Positions 12,601-23,705 are shown, counted from the first letter of the whole stretch. The stretch is DNA of 47,241 nt, filler included, from Dirinaria sp. TL-2023a (GCA_051941275.1; 2 parts of 2 records of this genome joined end to end with filler, not necessarily neighbours in it), one strand, 5' to 3'. The notes: generated from the sequence alone by a model not told the origin. Numbers and translations: made by a program.

Positions 12601-13031
12601 AAGCCTCAATGGGAGCCAGCACTCGACCTTCTTGCAAAACATGGCGCACGCATGCCTGCATCATCCACACTGGAGCTAATACCTGAAGTTCTTCCAGTGA
12701 AAGACCTGGAATCATACTTCAAAGGCCGCATACGTTTGGCCAACACCAAAGTGAACGAAAGCCGCATCGTCGCCGGTCTGCGGAGTTGTCTGGCTTTTAA
12801 CGAAGAGTCCCGCTTACGTTTAGGTGATGGCCTGCCTCGTGGTAATGCAGGGCGCAACAGGCATGTGCTAATCACAGAGGATCGTGTATGCAGTGTGTGT
12901 TACAAGAGATTTGGGGGTAGTGCCATCAAGGTGCTTCCGGAGTCAGTCCGCTTCCAACCCTTCGCTTGCCAATTTGCTGATGATCCTTATCCAGTAACTC
13001 CGTTGTCCATTATGGCTGCTCCAGCCGGTAA
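9681..13031 (+). CDS. VPS39: HOPS subunit Vps39/Vam6 (vacuolar morphogenesis protein AvaB-like)
   Basis: MLSAFTAAPLVELKQRDKSKIEAVLAYG|DRLLVGL N-terminus (CNH domain), VDTTLFRAYM...LFRIDNFC...DLVDFFYGKKLH (Vps39_1 region), and C-terminal C-x2-C...VHYGC zinc motif. Introns 9763-9815, 11322-11378, 12249-12294, ~12404-12452 and ~12942-12994. Stop TAA at 13029-13031. Confidence 0.94.
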
Positions 13032-13169
13032 CCCGTATTCATTGTTTTCTATTTGCTTAGTCGTGTTTCGGATCTAAGATACCCCATGCTATGCGATTGA
13101 AAGTTGTCCATCGGTAGCTAGCTCCCAAGTGCCACAGCGGCACCACTGTAGTCAGCGTAGAATTGAAGT

Positions 13170-13472
13170 TCATCCATCGTCATCTACATCCTCCTCGCCA
13201 TAATTTTCCTCCTCCTTCCTGTCATCCACCGTTGTCCCCGCCAATGACGCTGATGCCTTGTCCTCCTCCATTTTGTTTGTTAAGAACCCGTTGATATCAT
13301 CCTGTAGCTTTGTAACCGATTCGCGAAGCGCGGACAAATATGCCGTTTTCTGCTCCGTTGACTCGTTTGACGCGGGTGGTAAAGGGTAGGCAAAAGATTT
13401 GGCCTCGCTGGGAGCTGCGTAGTCGGCCTTCAAAGCTTCACTGGAACGCGTTTTCTCAGACTGGGATGCCAT
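13170..13472 (-). CDS. GON7: EKC/KEOPS complex subunit Gon7
   Basis: 100-aa acidic protein with LKADY..P, KTAYLSALRESVTKLQDDINGFLTNKMEEDK and EEENYGEE, which are typical fungal Gon7 signatures. Confidence 0.85.
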   Translation of the reverse strand: MASQSEKTRSSEALKADYAAPSEAKSFAYPLPPASNESTEQKTAYLSALRESVTKLQDDINGFLTNKMEEDKASASLAGTTVDDRKEEENYGEEDVDDDG

Positions 13473-13807
13473 CTCAATATTTGCGCCTCAAAAATATTGG
13501 GGCGTCGTTAGATATTTCAAATAAGAAATTGTGAACAGAGTGAAGGAAGCTTGGAAGGTCAAGAGGATGAGCGGACGGCGGACGAATTTGCCTTGGCGGG
13601 GCCGGAATTGACGTCGTCTCACTTCATCCACCACTTGGAGCGCGCTGTTACTAGAATCTTACGATTTGAGCCTGAAGGGAGTAACCTAAGATGGGACTAC
13701 TGTCATACCCACTGCTCGAGCCATGGTTTGGGGCAGGTTGATGAGGCAGGTGCGCGGTTGCCTTGGAGTGAATACAAATCCAGCTCGGCTTCACGCAGCA
13801 ACAAAAA

Positions 13808-16165
13808 ATGAACACCACAAATTACCGAAAGCCTGGCGCGTTCTCGCCTCGTACACCTACATCCCCGGGGAATTACCAAGCCAAAGCACAAAGTGTTGAT
13901 CCCTCGGAAAGTGACTCATCCAGCTCCTCCCCAGTGACAGCTCTGTCCCGCGAGACCGAGTCGCCCATCCCTCCCCAGGCTCTGCGACAACCTATGTATC
14001 CGGCAGCAAGCTCGAACACGAGCACAACATCAGTCAACAATTTTTCAAGACCGTCCCTGGCTCACGCCAATAGCGAGCTACCTCTAAGAAGGCAGTCGCC
14101 CCTAGGTCCGGATCAGAAACATAGAAGACAGCATTCCCAGGGTTTCTTTGAGCCATCATTGCCTTCGACGAACGCTGAAAGTACTGCAATGGGAAAATTG
14201 ACGGCGTCCCAGATTGCTGCCCAAGCAGCAATGCAGCAGCAGTCATCAAATCAGCACGTCCGAAAGCGATCCCAGACCGTTCCCAGTCCCCAGAACCAGC
14301 CTGAGAATGGTGGGTCAAAGCGGAAGCCTCCTCCTATACAAACCGCTCCAGATGGCACGAAGAAAGGAAATAGTGGAGCATCCCCGGGTGGTCAATACTC
14401 GAATGGGCTTGTTGGGGGACCTACTATAGCAGCGGCAACCGCCGCCAATGCGGCGTATCCACGCAGCGCACCACTATCGCCAGGCTTGACTACGTTTGAA
14501 CTACCTGTGGAGAAGGAGCATAAGCTGAGATCTGAGAAATCGAAGATGAAACTCTTTTCGAAGCCGAAGCAGCTCGGATTGTCCAGCAGTAAGGAGACAG
14601 AGCCGAGGGACAAAGCGTTACCTTCGCCAAACCGAATGGGTCCACCAGGCCCAAGTGCCTTGTCAAAGATCATTAACCCTTCTATGACCAGCCTGGCTGA
14701 ATCGATCAATTCTGCTGCTCCTTCGTTCTATACGACCAATAATACATCAACATCTACCTTGATCCCCTCAGAGCGGCAGGTGACAGCAGAGAAGGAGAAG
14801 AAGCATCATTTTCTATCTCGGCAAAAGAACAAGCTACGTGATCGAATGGAGGACCATACATTACCCCTCTCGTCCGCGTCAAGCAATTCGAGACCTGTAG
14901 ATCCTAATGCACCTCAACTTTACTCTTTCGCGCCAGCTTCTCCCGGTCCTACAGCGGCAACTTTCGCCAAATCAGTGAGTGGGCTCGATCTTAGACACGG
15001 TGGCCGTGCATTACGAGAAAAGAAGAAAGAGGAGAAAGAATCTCGAAGACCAGACGTGGATCGGGCTGATTGGGCGATGGCAGGTAGTTTGGGTTCGTCG
15101 GCATCTGCTTTTCTAGGGCCATCTGGCCCCTCAAGCTCTCATGCTGCGGAATTGCCTGGCCTGAATAATCTGCAAGGATTTGGAGTCTCAAATATGAGTC
15201 CTGAAGATGCTTGGGATTTCTTGAAAGCCAAGCTACTAATCATTTTTGAAGGCGAACAACTACGTATGCCAGTTGAAGACCTTAATCGGCTGGTTTCTAT
15301 CCATATCCAGCGGTGCATACTTAAACGCGTCCCGACTATCATCACCGAAGATCTTCGAGATCTGGCAAGGACTGGTTTCCTGTCTCTAGACCAGACCCTA
15401 CGAGGCATACCCGATTCTCGGCTCGTGCCCCATCTGGCTAGCATGTGGATGTTCGTGTATGGAAAAGTCTTGCCCTATATGCAAGCTGTGTTTTTGCCAC
15501 TTGATCTAGAGTTCAAGGGTCACGGTACGCTCATGACAGCCCAAGAAGCTGCGGAGTTTTGGGGCGCCAATCCCGAGTCAGCCCAGAGTGCGTTCGGCGA
15601 TGAGTTCGATGTTCGACGTATCGTTCTGGTGTCGTATCGTGATCATGTCATCCTACCTCGCCATGACTCGTTGAAGGCAATCTTCTCCCGTCTGAGCCTG
15701 GACAATGCTGGGGTTAGCCTTGTCAATGAAAGCCCGGAGGGAGCTGGCCGGCCTGGTACGGCAGGCAGTCTGGATCCCGGCTTCGCAAGCTTCAACTCCC
15801 AAGGCTCGACTGTTTTTGGCGACGCGGCGAGGAGCAGAGCTGGATCTAATCTCTCTGCACCTGAGTTGCCACCATTTGGATCGCCTGGCGTTCGGCGACA
15901 AGCGGCGCCAGATAGCTCTCAAGTTACAGAGACTGTGGGGAGGATGCTTCAGTGTGTTAGTGTGTTGGCCAGCGTGCAGAGTGGCGATGATGCACAGCGG
16001 AAGATGGAAGACTTGGCCAAGGAACTAAAGCTGAATTGGCTGGGCCGTGGAAGGACTGGCAGAAACCGGAGAGGCTTTGTGGGAACACGAGTCAATCCTA
16101 TCACGCATGGTGGCCCCAGGACCGGGTTAGAACAAAATGACAGCAAGAGGGCCAGCATGCTATGA
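13808..16165 (+). CDS. BIT61: HbrB-domain protein, TORC2 subunit Bit61/PRR5-like
   Basis: 785-aa intronless ORF: long S/P-rich N-terminus, then DAWDFLKAKLLIIFEGEQLRMPVEDLNRLV...W.FVYGKVLPYMQAVFLPLD...VRRIVLVSYRDHVILP...RMLQCVSVLASVQSGDDAQ (HbrB-like). Confidence 0.85.
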   Translation: MNTTNYRKPGAFSPRTPTSPGNYQAKAQSVDPSESDSSSSSPVTALSRETESPIPPQALRQPMYPAASSNTSTTSVNNFSRPSLAHANSELPLRRQSPLGPDQKHRRQHSQGFFEPSLPSTNAESTAMGKLTASQIAAQAAMQQQSSNQHVRKRSQTVPSPQNQPENGGSKRKPPPIQTAPDGTKKGNSGASPGGQYSNGLVGGPTIAAATAANAAYPRSAPLSPGLTTFELPVEKEHKLRSEKSKMKLFSKPKQLGLSSSKETEPRDKALPSPNRMGPPGPSALSKIINPSMTSLAESINSAAPSFYTTNNTSTSTLIPSERQVTAEKEKKHHFLSRQKNKLRDRMEDHTLPLSSASSNSRPVDPNAPQLYSFAPASPGPTAATFAKSVSGLDLRHGGRALREKKKEEKESRRPDVDRADWAMAGSLGSSASAFLGPSGPSSSHAAELPGLNNLQGFGVSNMSPEDAWDFLKAKLLIIFEGEQLRMPVEDLNRLVSIHIQRCILKRVPTIITEDLRDLARTGFLSLDQTLRGIPDSRLVPHLASMWMFVYGKVLPYMQAVFLPLDLEFKGHGTLMTAQEAAEFWGANPESAQSAFGDEFDVRRIVLVSYRDHVILPRHDSLKAIFSRLSLDNAGVSLVNESPEGAGRPGTAGSLDPGFASFNSQGSTVFGDAARSRAGSNLSAPELPPFGSPGVRRQAAPDSSQVTETVGRMLQCVSVLASVQSGDDAQRKMEDLAKELKLNWLGRGRTGRNRRGFVGTRVNPITHGGPRTGLEQNDSKRASML

Positions 16166-16606
16166 GTAGAGCGTCCCAGTCTTCCAGGAAATTCCGTCAT
16201 CGACATTAATCTAACTACATACTACGAGATCTACTAAGATATTGAAGATCACTGGCACTGACATTATGAAAAGCAAAAACTAAAGAATTCCTCTTCAATG
16301 GATAGCATGCTCGGCAGCATCGCATGCGTTATTCTCGCAGCCCGTGTATAGATCCTGGGAGCAGCTCGCGTAGTATTTGTGTTCAGCGCCGAAGAGCAAG
16401 CCTTGCCCCCTAGTTTAGGCTATTTCCTGCCGATGTAGTATTGCTGATTGGCAAATCCGCCTGGCAATGGAATTGAAAGTATCAAGGACGATGTGATTCA
16501 GGTCGCTTCCCATCCTAGGCCCGATCAGCCATCGCATGGAGGAATTTTTGGAATGATGTAATCTGACACCTTTCTTGAACACATCCACATTTCAAGATAC
16601 AGCGAT

Positions 16607-17650
16607 GGCGGGCTTTGTCTCGAGTGATCGGTATCTCAGCAGCAAAGAATATTTAGACCCGTCGCCTAGATGAGGAATATTCGAAGAGAGATAGGGCAGA
16701 TTCCCCAGTGCAAACGGTAGAAAAGCAGCCAACTGGATATAGTGAATAGGATGATCGCAGATTCATCGGCAGTGTGCACCCTCAGTGCTCCAGTATTGAC
16801 AGCGCAAGATGAAGCCAACTTCTCATGAAGCAAACTAACTTGCAGCATCTCTAGGCCGGATAGGAAATGTTGCTCCGGAATGCTGTTTGCCCATCTATCA
16901 CATGGAGCAACATTAATGAGAGCAACATCAATTAAAGCAACATCGAAAACTGTTATCAAATGACAGCTCGCCTCTCATTGCCATTTTCCCCTATTTAAAC
17001 TGTGTCTGGATCCCATCATGGACGCAAATTCTTTTAGTTCTCAGCAGATGCTCCATTGTACAATCCCTTTCCCCCTTTCTCCGGGTGCATGATCAGCGGC
17101 AGGTATCTGAGCTACTTGATGTTACTTTCTGAGGAACATGATATCATGGCTTTATAAATTGGCCGAGACTTCGCACAAATGCCTTTCCTCTTGCACTGTC
17201 TGCTCTCCATACTCAAAGGAGCCGTTTCAATCAAGGCGTATTTGAGGGAGAGTAAAAAGTCGCCGTTCTATCCTCTGGATCAAGAAAGCGCGCTCTAATA
17301 ATGTCAAAAATTTGGAGGGCATGGCTGCAAAACTCTGGTGAGTAAAACAAGGCTCCATGGGGCTTGAAGCTCAGAACTGACTGACTTCCAAATAGGCTTC
17401 CGCGTCATGACGAAGGGAAAGCCCCTTCATGATGATCTGCTCACGCATTGTATAACTTGTAGACGCTGTTGCCGATGTGCCTCTCGAGACCCTCGAAGAA
17501 TGGGACCACTTGGAGACTTCTCGATGCGTGGATAATGGTCTTTTCCGACCTGAAGCATCGGGTACTCCAAATCCAATGCTGTGAAAGCTAACACTCACTG
17601 CGTTGTAGTAGGAATCTTCTACTGCTAAAGCCGTTTGCCAATCCCTTCGT
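16607..17650 (+). pseudogene. Possible decayed coding relic, family unknown
   Basis: Near-open frame DEEYSKRDRADSPVQTVEKQPTGYSE*DDRRFIGSVHPQ... with scattered stops, plus an intron-like GTGAGT...CTGAC...TAG at ~17338-17395. Confidence 0.25.
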
Positions 17651-18672
17651 TGAAATGCTCTGGAGCAGCATCGCACGTCATTTGGCCTGTGTGATCAAGC
17701 ACGAGGTCATAATCCCAAGCCGTAACTCATGCCTTCGGTGAGTTCGTTCTTCTCTTGTTCGTCGTGATACACTGGCGATTGTTCCTGGAAGAAAAACGCT
17801 TCCGATGCCTCGCAATATCTTCAGACCGGATAACACAAACGAATACACTTAACGGTATGCACTGCATTCCTCACAGATGGCTATTGCCTTGATATTCTAC
17901 GACGAATTGCTTTCGATGCCTCATGGGGTGAAACAAACACAAGTCATTATATTAGATTTTGGGCCTCGCCGGCGCCAAAGGCGACTATCTAGCAAGCAAA
18001 AACTGCCTCAAAACATGCTGCCTCAAGCGCCAGCAACTCCGTCTACCTACGCGGCCGATACCTGGAGTGGGTGGGTGGGAAAGCGCTTCCGCAATGCGAT
18101 ATCGAGTGCGATAGTAAGCAGGCGATGAAGAAAATGTGGAAGCCAGAGAAGGTGCCGATGGATCATTATATGCTACCTACCGGCAAACTGGCACCTCGCC
18201 ACCGGCATATCGGCAAGAGGACTGCCATGTATAATGCGAGAAATCTCTGAAGGCTTGCCACCGGCACACCGGCAGGAGGACTGCCATCGAGAGAACTGCC
18301 ATGTCCGAGGCGGCAATAATGGCCACCCGGAGGTGGCATCTAGACACTTCTACCCTGCCCTGCAGGGCCTACTTACATTATCTTCACAAACACTTTATAT
18401 ATCTATATTCAGCCTTCTACACCGATATTATTCACAACACCTCCAGTAAGTTTGGTTAAGCTTCGACAAAACGTTTGTTTACATACATCACACATCACCT
18501 CCGACAATGCGCGAGATGGCTGAATTCAGATATCAATATCTACACCTAACTCAGCTTGCCCTGGATTTTTAGGTTGCTTTTAAACATAGGTGGGCCACTT
18601 TGTGCCTCTCACGCCTTCAGTACTACTTTCTTCAAATTCGAAGCTCAATCTCTCTACTTCAGCTCTGCAAGG

Positions 18673-19835
18673 ATGGACAAGGCAACCGCACAGGTACATG
18701 CGGATGCTCGCGGCGCTATCCTGAAGGGCGTAAGCGGACACTTGCCATCGAGCCACATGATAATACTAGATGACCACCTGGCTCAGTCCAGCATGCAGCA
18801 AACGCAACTCATGAAGCAACGGATTGACAGCATACCAAGAGAGGATTTCGATACCTTTACTACAAAGCTCGCCAATGTGACAGTGGATAGGTTCTGCTCT
18901 TACTTAAAGGTCTCTGTTACCGAGTTCGTGTATTTCCTAAAGAAATCGACTTCAGTGGACGATAGCGTCTATGAAGAAGACTACGCCGAAGTAGATGATC
19001 AAGAAATTCCCCAGGAAGACTTCGAAGAAAACTACCACGAAGAAGCAGAGAGTAATTCCAAAACTAGCATCGCTCTTTCGCTCCAGCCAAGACTGTTTGG
19101 GGACAAACGTGTGCCCCAAGAGATATACGACATGATCATCGAAGAACTTTTCCGTGCTGTGTATACACCAGGCATTGTTATCCCGAGTCAAAACGTTGAC
19201 TACGATGGACATGCATGTTTTGCAGATATTGGGTTCTCCTTGGAGAAGTCGAGATTGTGTCGCGACATCAATCCAATTCTGTACGGCCGATTCAAGGAAC
19301 TGTACTGGTCTGATAACACATGGTGCGTTACCAACAGCGAAGAAGAGATTGTATTCTACTGATATTTTGCAGGAAAATACAATGTGGAAACTCAATCTCC
19401 ACTGTTGGTTTTCTAAATCATCTTCCAAAAGAGGAGTATTTGCGAATACGGTCTGTCGAGCTGATCTTCTCTACCGCCGATCGCGACTTATCATCGTCCT
19501 CCTGCTGCATTTATCAGTCTAGACTCAGCTTGCTCGAAAATCTTGAGTGCTACGATCAGGAAATTCGTATTGCCTCGCGGCATTTGATCGATATCTGGCT
19601 TTGGAAATTCAAGAAAATTTCGGGGTTAAGGCTCAATGAGCTGACATTGGATTTTACCGATTCCTTTTCCATAGAAGGAGACTTCCTAGGGCTAGAAGCG
19701 GCCACGGACTTCCACCCTTTTACCTATGATATGCCAAAGCTGACGATACATGCACCGACGAAAGGTTTGGAAGACCAGCTACGGGCCTTGATTGCTGCTA
19801 AGAATAGTCAGGATGACGCGCACATGCAAACTTAA
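18673..19835 (+). CDS. Orphan protein, tandem paralogue A (F-box-like VPQEIYDMI motif)
   Basis: Exon 18673-19322, intron 19323-19372 (GTGCGT..CTGAT..CAG), exon 19373-19835. Aligns with paralogue B in the N-terminal block and throughout the C-terminal half. Confidence 0.8.
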
Positions 19836-20895
19836 GCCTTCGGAGATCTGGCAAACAGAGGCGGAAAGGATGCGGAGTGTAGGTGAATTAGCTTCTTAGG
19901 AGGGATTCCGTCAGGATCTCTTCTCATAGCTGCTTTGTCTCACTTCTTGAATAAATGCATGCATGACTTGAATTTTTTTTTTTGGAACCAGGTCTTGGTC
20001 TGAAGCTGTAAGTGATTTCTGCTATCGGTGCGCTCTACTAATGTTTGCCGCCATACAATGAAATGACAATGAGCACGTAATCGGATGGGGTAGGCCGTGC
20101 AACTCGCGAGCGCTCTTCGATCTATGACACCATTGCATTATGGGGATTGGGACTACTGAGAGCTCGCTGGGACGCCACATTCAACCAATCGATGCCTCAT
20201 TTGCTTTGCATTCAATGTCAAAGCCGGCGCGTAACGAGGAATCTAAGTGGCGCCTCAACGCCTCTTAGCTGCTTCAGTCGCTGCCTATACCACATTTCAT
20301 ATTCATAAATATTCTCAGCTCAAACACTGATTCGTTTATTCTAGCTTCAGGCACAGTCTAATGCAAGGATCATATATATATCTATGAAAATGTACCTCGA
20401 AGGTCTACCGCTCTGTATCAATGAGCTTCCCCAGTCAATTTCCGATCTTTCACTTTGGATCGAGAACTCTCGGCCTAATACTATACGACACTCTTGTCTG
20501 CCCAATCATCACCAATAAAGGCTTTGTATATATCTATCCTACCGCAACATCGACTTTATCGGCAACACGGCTAGCCTATGTGTTAGTTTCCAACAAAGGT
20601 CTTATTGGTATACATCACACATCACCTCTAAGATTCCCCAACACGCTCGCTCTTTCATCGCCATCACATGTTTTCACAACTACACGAGTACTTCCTTACC
20701 AGAAAAGAGTCTATAACATGAAAGTACAGCACAATTTTGACTCACCAAGAACGATTCAACTCTCTAGCTGCGTCAGTCATCTATCTCTATCACAACAGGT
20801 TCATACCAGGCAATCAAGCTATGGGGAAGCTTTTCATCTTGACTGACTCATTTTCAGCCCCTTATCCAAAGCCAAAGTCTGTCACTCCAGAAAGC

Positions 20896-22231
20896 ATGAT
20901 GCCGTCAACATCCTTCGAAGAGCGCTGCGAGATTATCCAGCGCTTGTTGGAAGGCCTCCCTCTACATCACGTGGTAGCATTGGAATTTTTCCTCGAAAAA
21001 TGCACCTTCCAAGAGATATGGTGTATATTGACGCGCCTAATCAACCTGCCAGGAGAATGTTTCCCAGTATTGATGGAAACACTAAAGAACGCTTCCACGG
21101 AGAAGTTCTATTGTTATCTAGGGGTTTTCATTGCTACACCTGCATACCAATACTGCTCTAGCAATGTGTATTCCTGCAGCGGTGTCGTCGGGGAAGGCTC
21201 TATCGACGATGTTGATGAACGTATCAGAAGTGGCAAAAGTTTCACAGGTACCGAGTCATTCTCCAGCATCATGGATGATGCAGAGCGAATACTGGATAGC
21301 TCAGAGGGAGTTAAGTCGAGCATCGAGACTGAACAGAGAAAGATTCAAGTCCAAATTGATGGTAGCAGCGTGATCACCTGCGAAAAGGATGTCAACCATA
21401 GAGCTGAGCAATGCCTAGCAACCCCAACCACGGAAGAGACGTCCAAGGAACCCGACGATCATCTCGATGGAACTAATATTAGCTCTGCCGTTTCTCTTCG
21501 AGAGAGCCTATTTGGCGTGAGGTCCGTACCTCAGGAGATTTACGACATGCTTGTCGAGGAGCTTTTCACCGCAGTCTACGTTCCAGGAGTGATCATACCA
21601 AGTCAATACCCTGACTTTGATGGACACGACTATTTTGCCGACATTGAATTCTGTGCTGAGAAGTCAATGGTGTTACACGACGTTCATCCACGACTCTATG
21701 AAAAGTACAAAGAGCGTTACTGGACCCAAAACACTTGGTAAGATGCTTTCAATTTGCCGAGCTGTGCAGCGGAGATGCTGATCCTAAAGCAGGCAGATCC
21801 AGTACGGTGATTCCAGCTATACGCTCGACTTCTTAAATCTACTGCCACCGGAAAAGTACCTGCAGATACAGACCGTTGAACTCGCCTTCTCAATTGACGA
21901 CAGCGATCTGACCGACTCATACTTCTATGAATATGAGCCTGGGTTGAACTTGATAGAGAACATCGAGAAATACAACGAAGAGATACGGATCATTTCACGG
22001 GACCTAGACGACATCTGGTTCTGGAAATTTGAGACTATCTGCGGATTAAGACTCAAAAAGCTTACGCTCGACTTTACCAATGCTTACTCTGTGGAAGGGG
22101 AGTTCTTGGGTCTTGAAGTGGCTCAGACGTTTCATTCTTTCACTTACGAAAAGCCGGAATTGACTATCATTGCTCCAACAGAAGAATTGGAGGCTAAACT
22201 GGTAAGGCTATTTGCGGATCTCAATGATTAA
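20896..22231 (+). CDS. Orphan protein, tandem paralogue B
   Basis: Exon 20896-21737, intron 21738-21792 (GTAAG..CTGAT..CAG) at the same NTW codon as paralogue A, exon 21793-22231 (QIQYGDSSYTLDFLNLLPPEKYLQIQTVELAFS...LTLDFTNAYSVEGEFLGLE). Start codon inferred from alignment to A. Confidence 0.8.
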
Positions 22232-22928
22232 TCGGTTGTTGGAGCGCATTTCCTGGTAGAATAGAACCAGGTTCACTCGGACTGAGAGTGATTAGGGAAG
22301 TTAAAGTACAAAAATTGCATGCTATTCTTCAGGCACTCCTCTACAAACCATGACTTGAAAAGTATTCGTTGTCCTGGTAAAATCCTTCCATACTTCTGCT
22401 AGACTTTCCCCTGTCACTGATTTCATACCATTCTCACCCGAAGATATGTTTCCGTTTCCATCTGGATACAGCTCGAAACCATGTCTTTCCCCAAGCAAGT
22501 ATCTTGATATTAAAAAATCCAGAATAAGCTGGGTTAGCAATGTTTCCACGCTCAGATAAAAAAAATCTATCCACCTCTGCAAAGATGGTCTTATTGGCCG
22601 GACCTGTTTCATACTCGGCCCGTGCATCAAGATCGAAGTTTGCTGATTTTAAAGTATATCCTACATTTCAGGCACACAAATCGAAGAATGAGCGAAACCG
22701 TGAGAGGATGAGACAGTCGGCTCTCCAATTACAACAATAGATGGATTGCAGTTTTCTACAGTCGAGCTGGTACCGGTTTATCGGTAGATGCATGTAAAAT
22801 ATCGATAAAGTCCACAGAAAACCCGGCGTCGGAATGAGGTTTTCTCGGAAACAATATGGGGAATCTCACAAGTGAGACGGGATAGGCAGAGCCAGAATGA
22901 GATTCTACATGTCCGTTGGAAAAGGGAA

Positions 22929-22967
<39 letters not shown>

Positions 22968-22968
<1 letters not shown>

Positions 22969-22993
22969 GGCCTTGGGGAGAGTCGAACTCTCG
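22968..22993 (-). pseudogene. tRNA 3' fragment (T-arm plus acceptor 3' strand) followed by poly-T
   Basis: Minus strand reads GAGAG-TTCGACT-CTCCC-CAAGGCC-T, then A and a T-run of ~35 (plus-strand A run ~22932-22966). T-loop/B-box is intact; no matching 5' half is visible. Confidence 0.55.
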
Positions 22994-23605
22994 AGCTCAA
23001 CCGGTTCTACGGCTTACGACTACATTCTACAGCTTACGATCTACGACCTTACAATCTACGCCGTAATTTCTGGTGAGTAAATCTCTGGCTAATTATACAT
23101 ATATTTTTTATTTTCAAACAAGGGAAGTACTGGGCAACTCAACATTTCTCTTCTGGACGATGCAAGACACGATTGTAGCTGGATTTTCTCACAGCGATCT
23201 TGGCGCATGAGTCTTTTGAAGTGAGTTTGTTACGAGCATGGGACCTAGAAGTACTGATCCCAGCTCAGGCTTCTCAGGGGTAATGCTCTAAATCTACTCG
23301 CGAGCTGTTTACTCGCACCCGCCTGCGCATATATGTATACCTGGACCCACTACTGTATCTGGTTCTTCTTCTTCTTTCTTGCTTAGTGATAACATTTTAG
23401 TTCATCATAGCTCTGCACTGGTTCTGACAGAGTTATCATGCAGTATATCACGTGGGTAGAAATCATGCGCATAAATAAATCGCCTTTCTCAATAGAAATG
23501 GCGGCGCCTGTCAAAGACCCAACCTTGGTTAGATAGGTTTCCCAATGGTAAAAGTCCCGGCAGCGCCAAAAGACTAACTAAACCAAGTCAAGGGACTTGG
23601 TGCCT

Positions 23606-23705
23606 NNNNNNNNNNNNNNNNNNNNNNNNNNNNNNNNNNNNNNNNNNNNTTAATTAATTAANNNNNNNNNNNNNNNNNNNNNNNNNNNNNNNNNNNNNNN
23701 NNNNN
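23606..23705. other. Assembly gap with artificial TTAATTAATTAA linker
   Basis: Two N runs flank TTAATTAATTAA (23650-23661), a palindromic 12-mer with stop codons in all six frames; the block totals 100 nt. Confidence 0.95.

Noticed and set aside
1132..16206. Numerous ORF-track entries overlapping RPB3, TRP2, LanCL, VPS39 and BIT61
   Set aside because: Antisense or alternate-frame shadows of well-supported genes.
16905..16944. Three 15-nt spaced agcaacat repeats
   Set aside because: Short degenerate minisatellite with no further structure; not CRISPR-like.
22872..23066. ORF with a poly-lysine run
   Set aside because: Artefact of translating the poly-A tract (poly-T terminator on the other strand).
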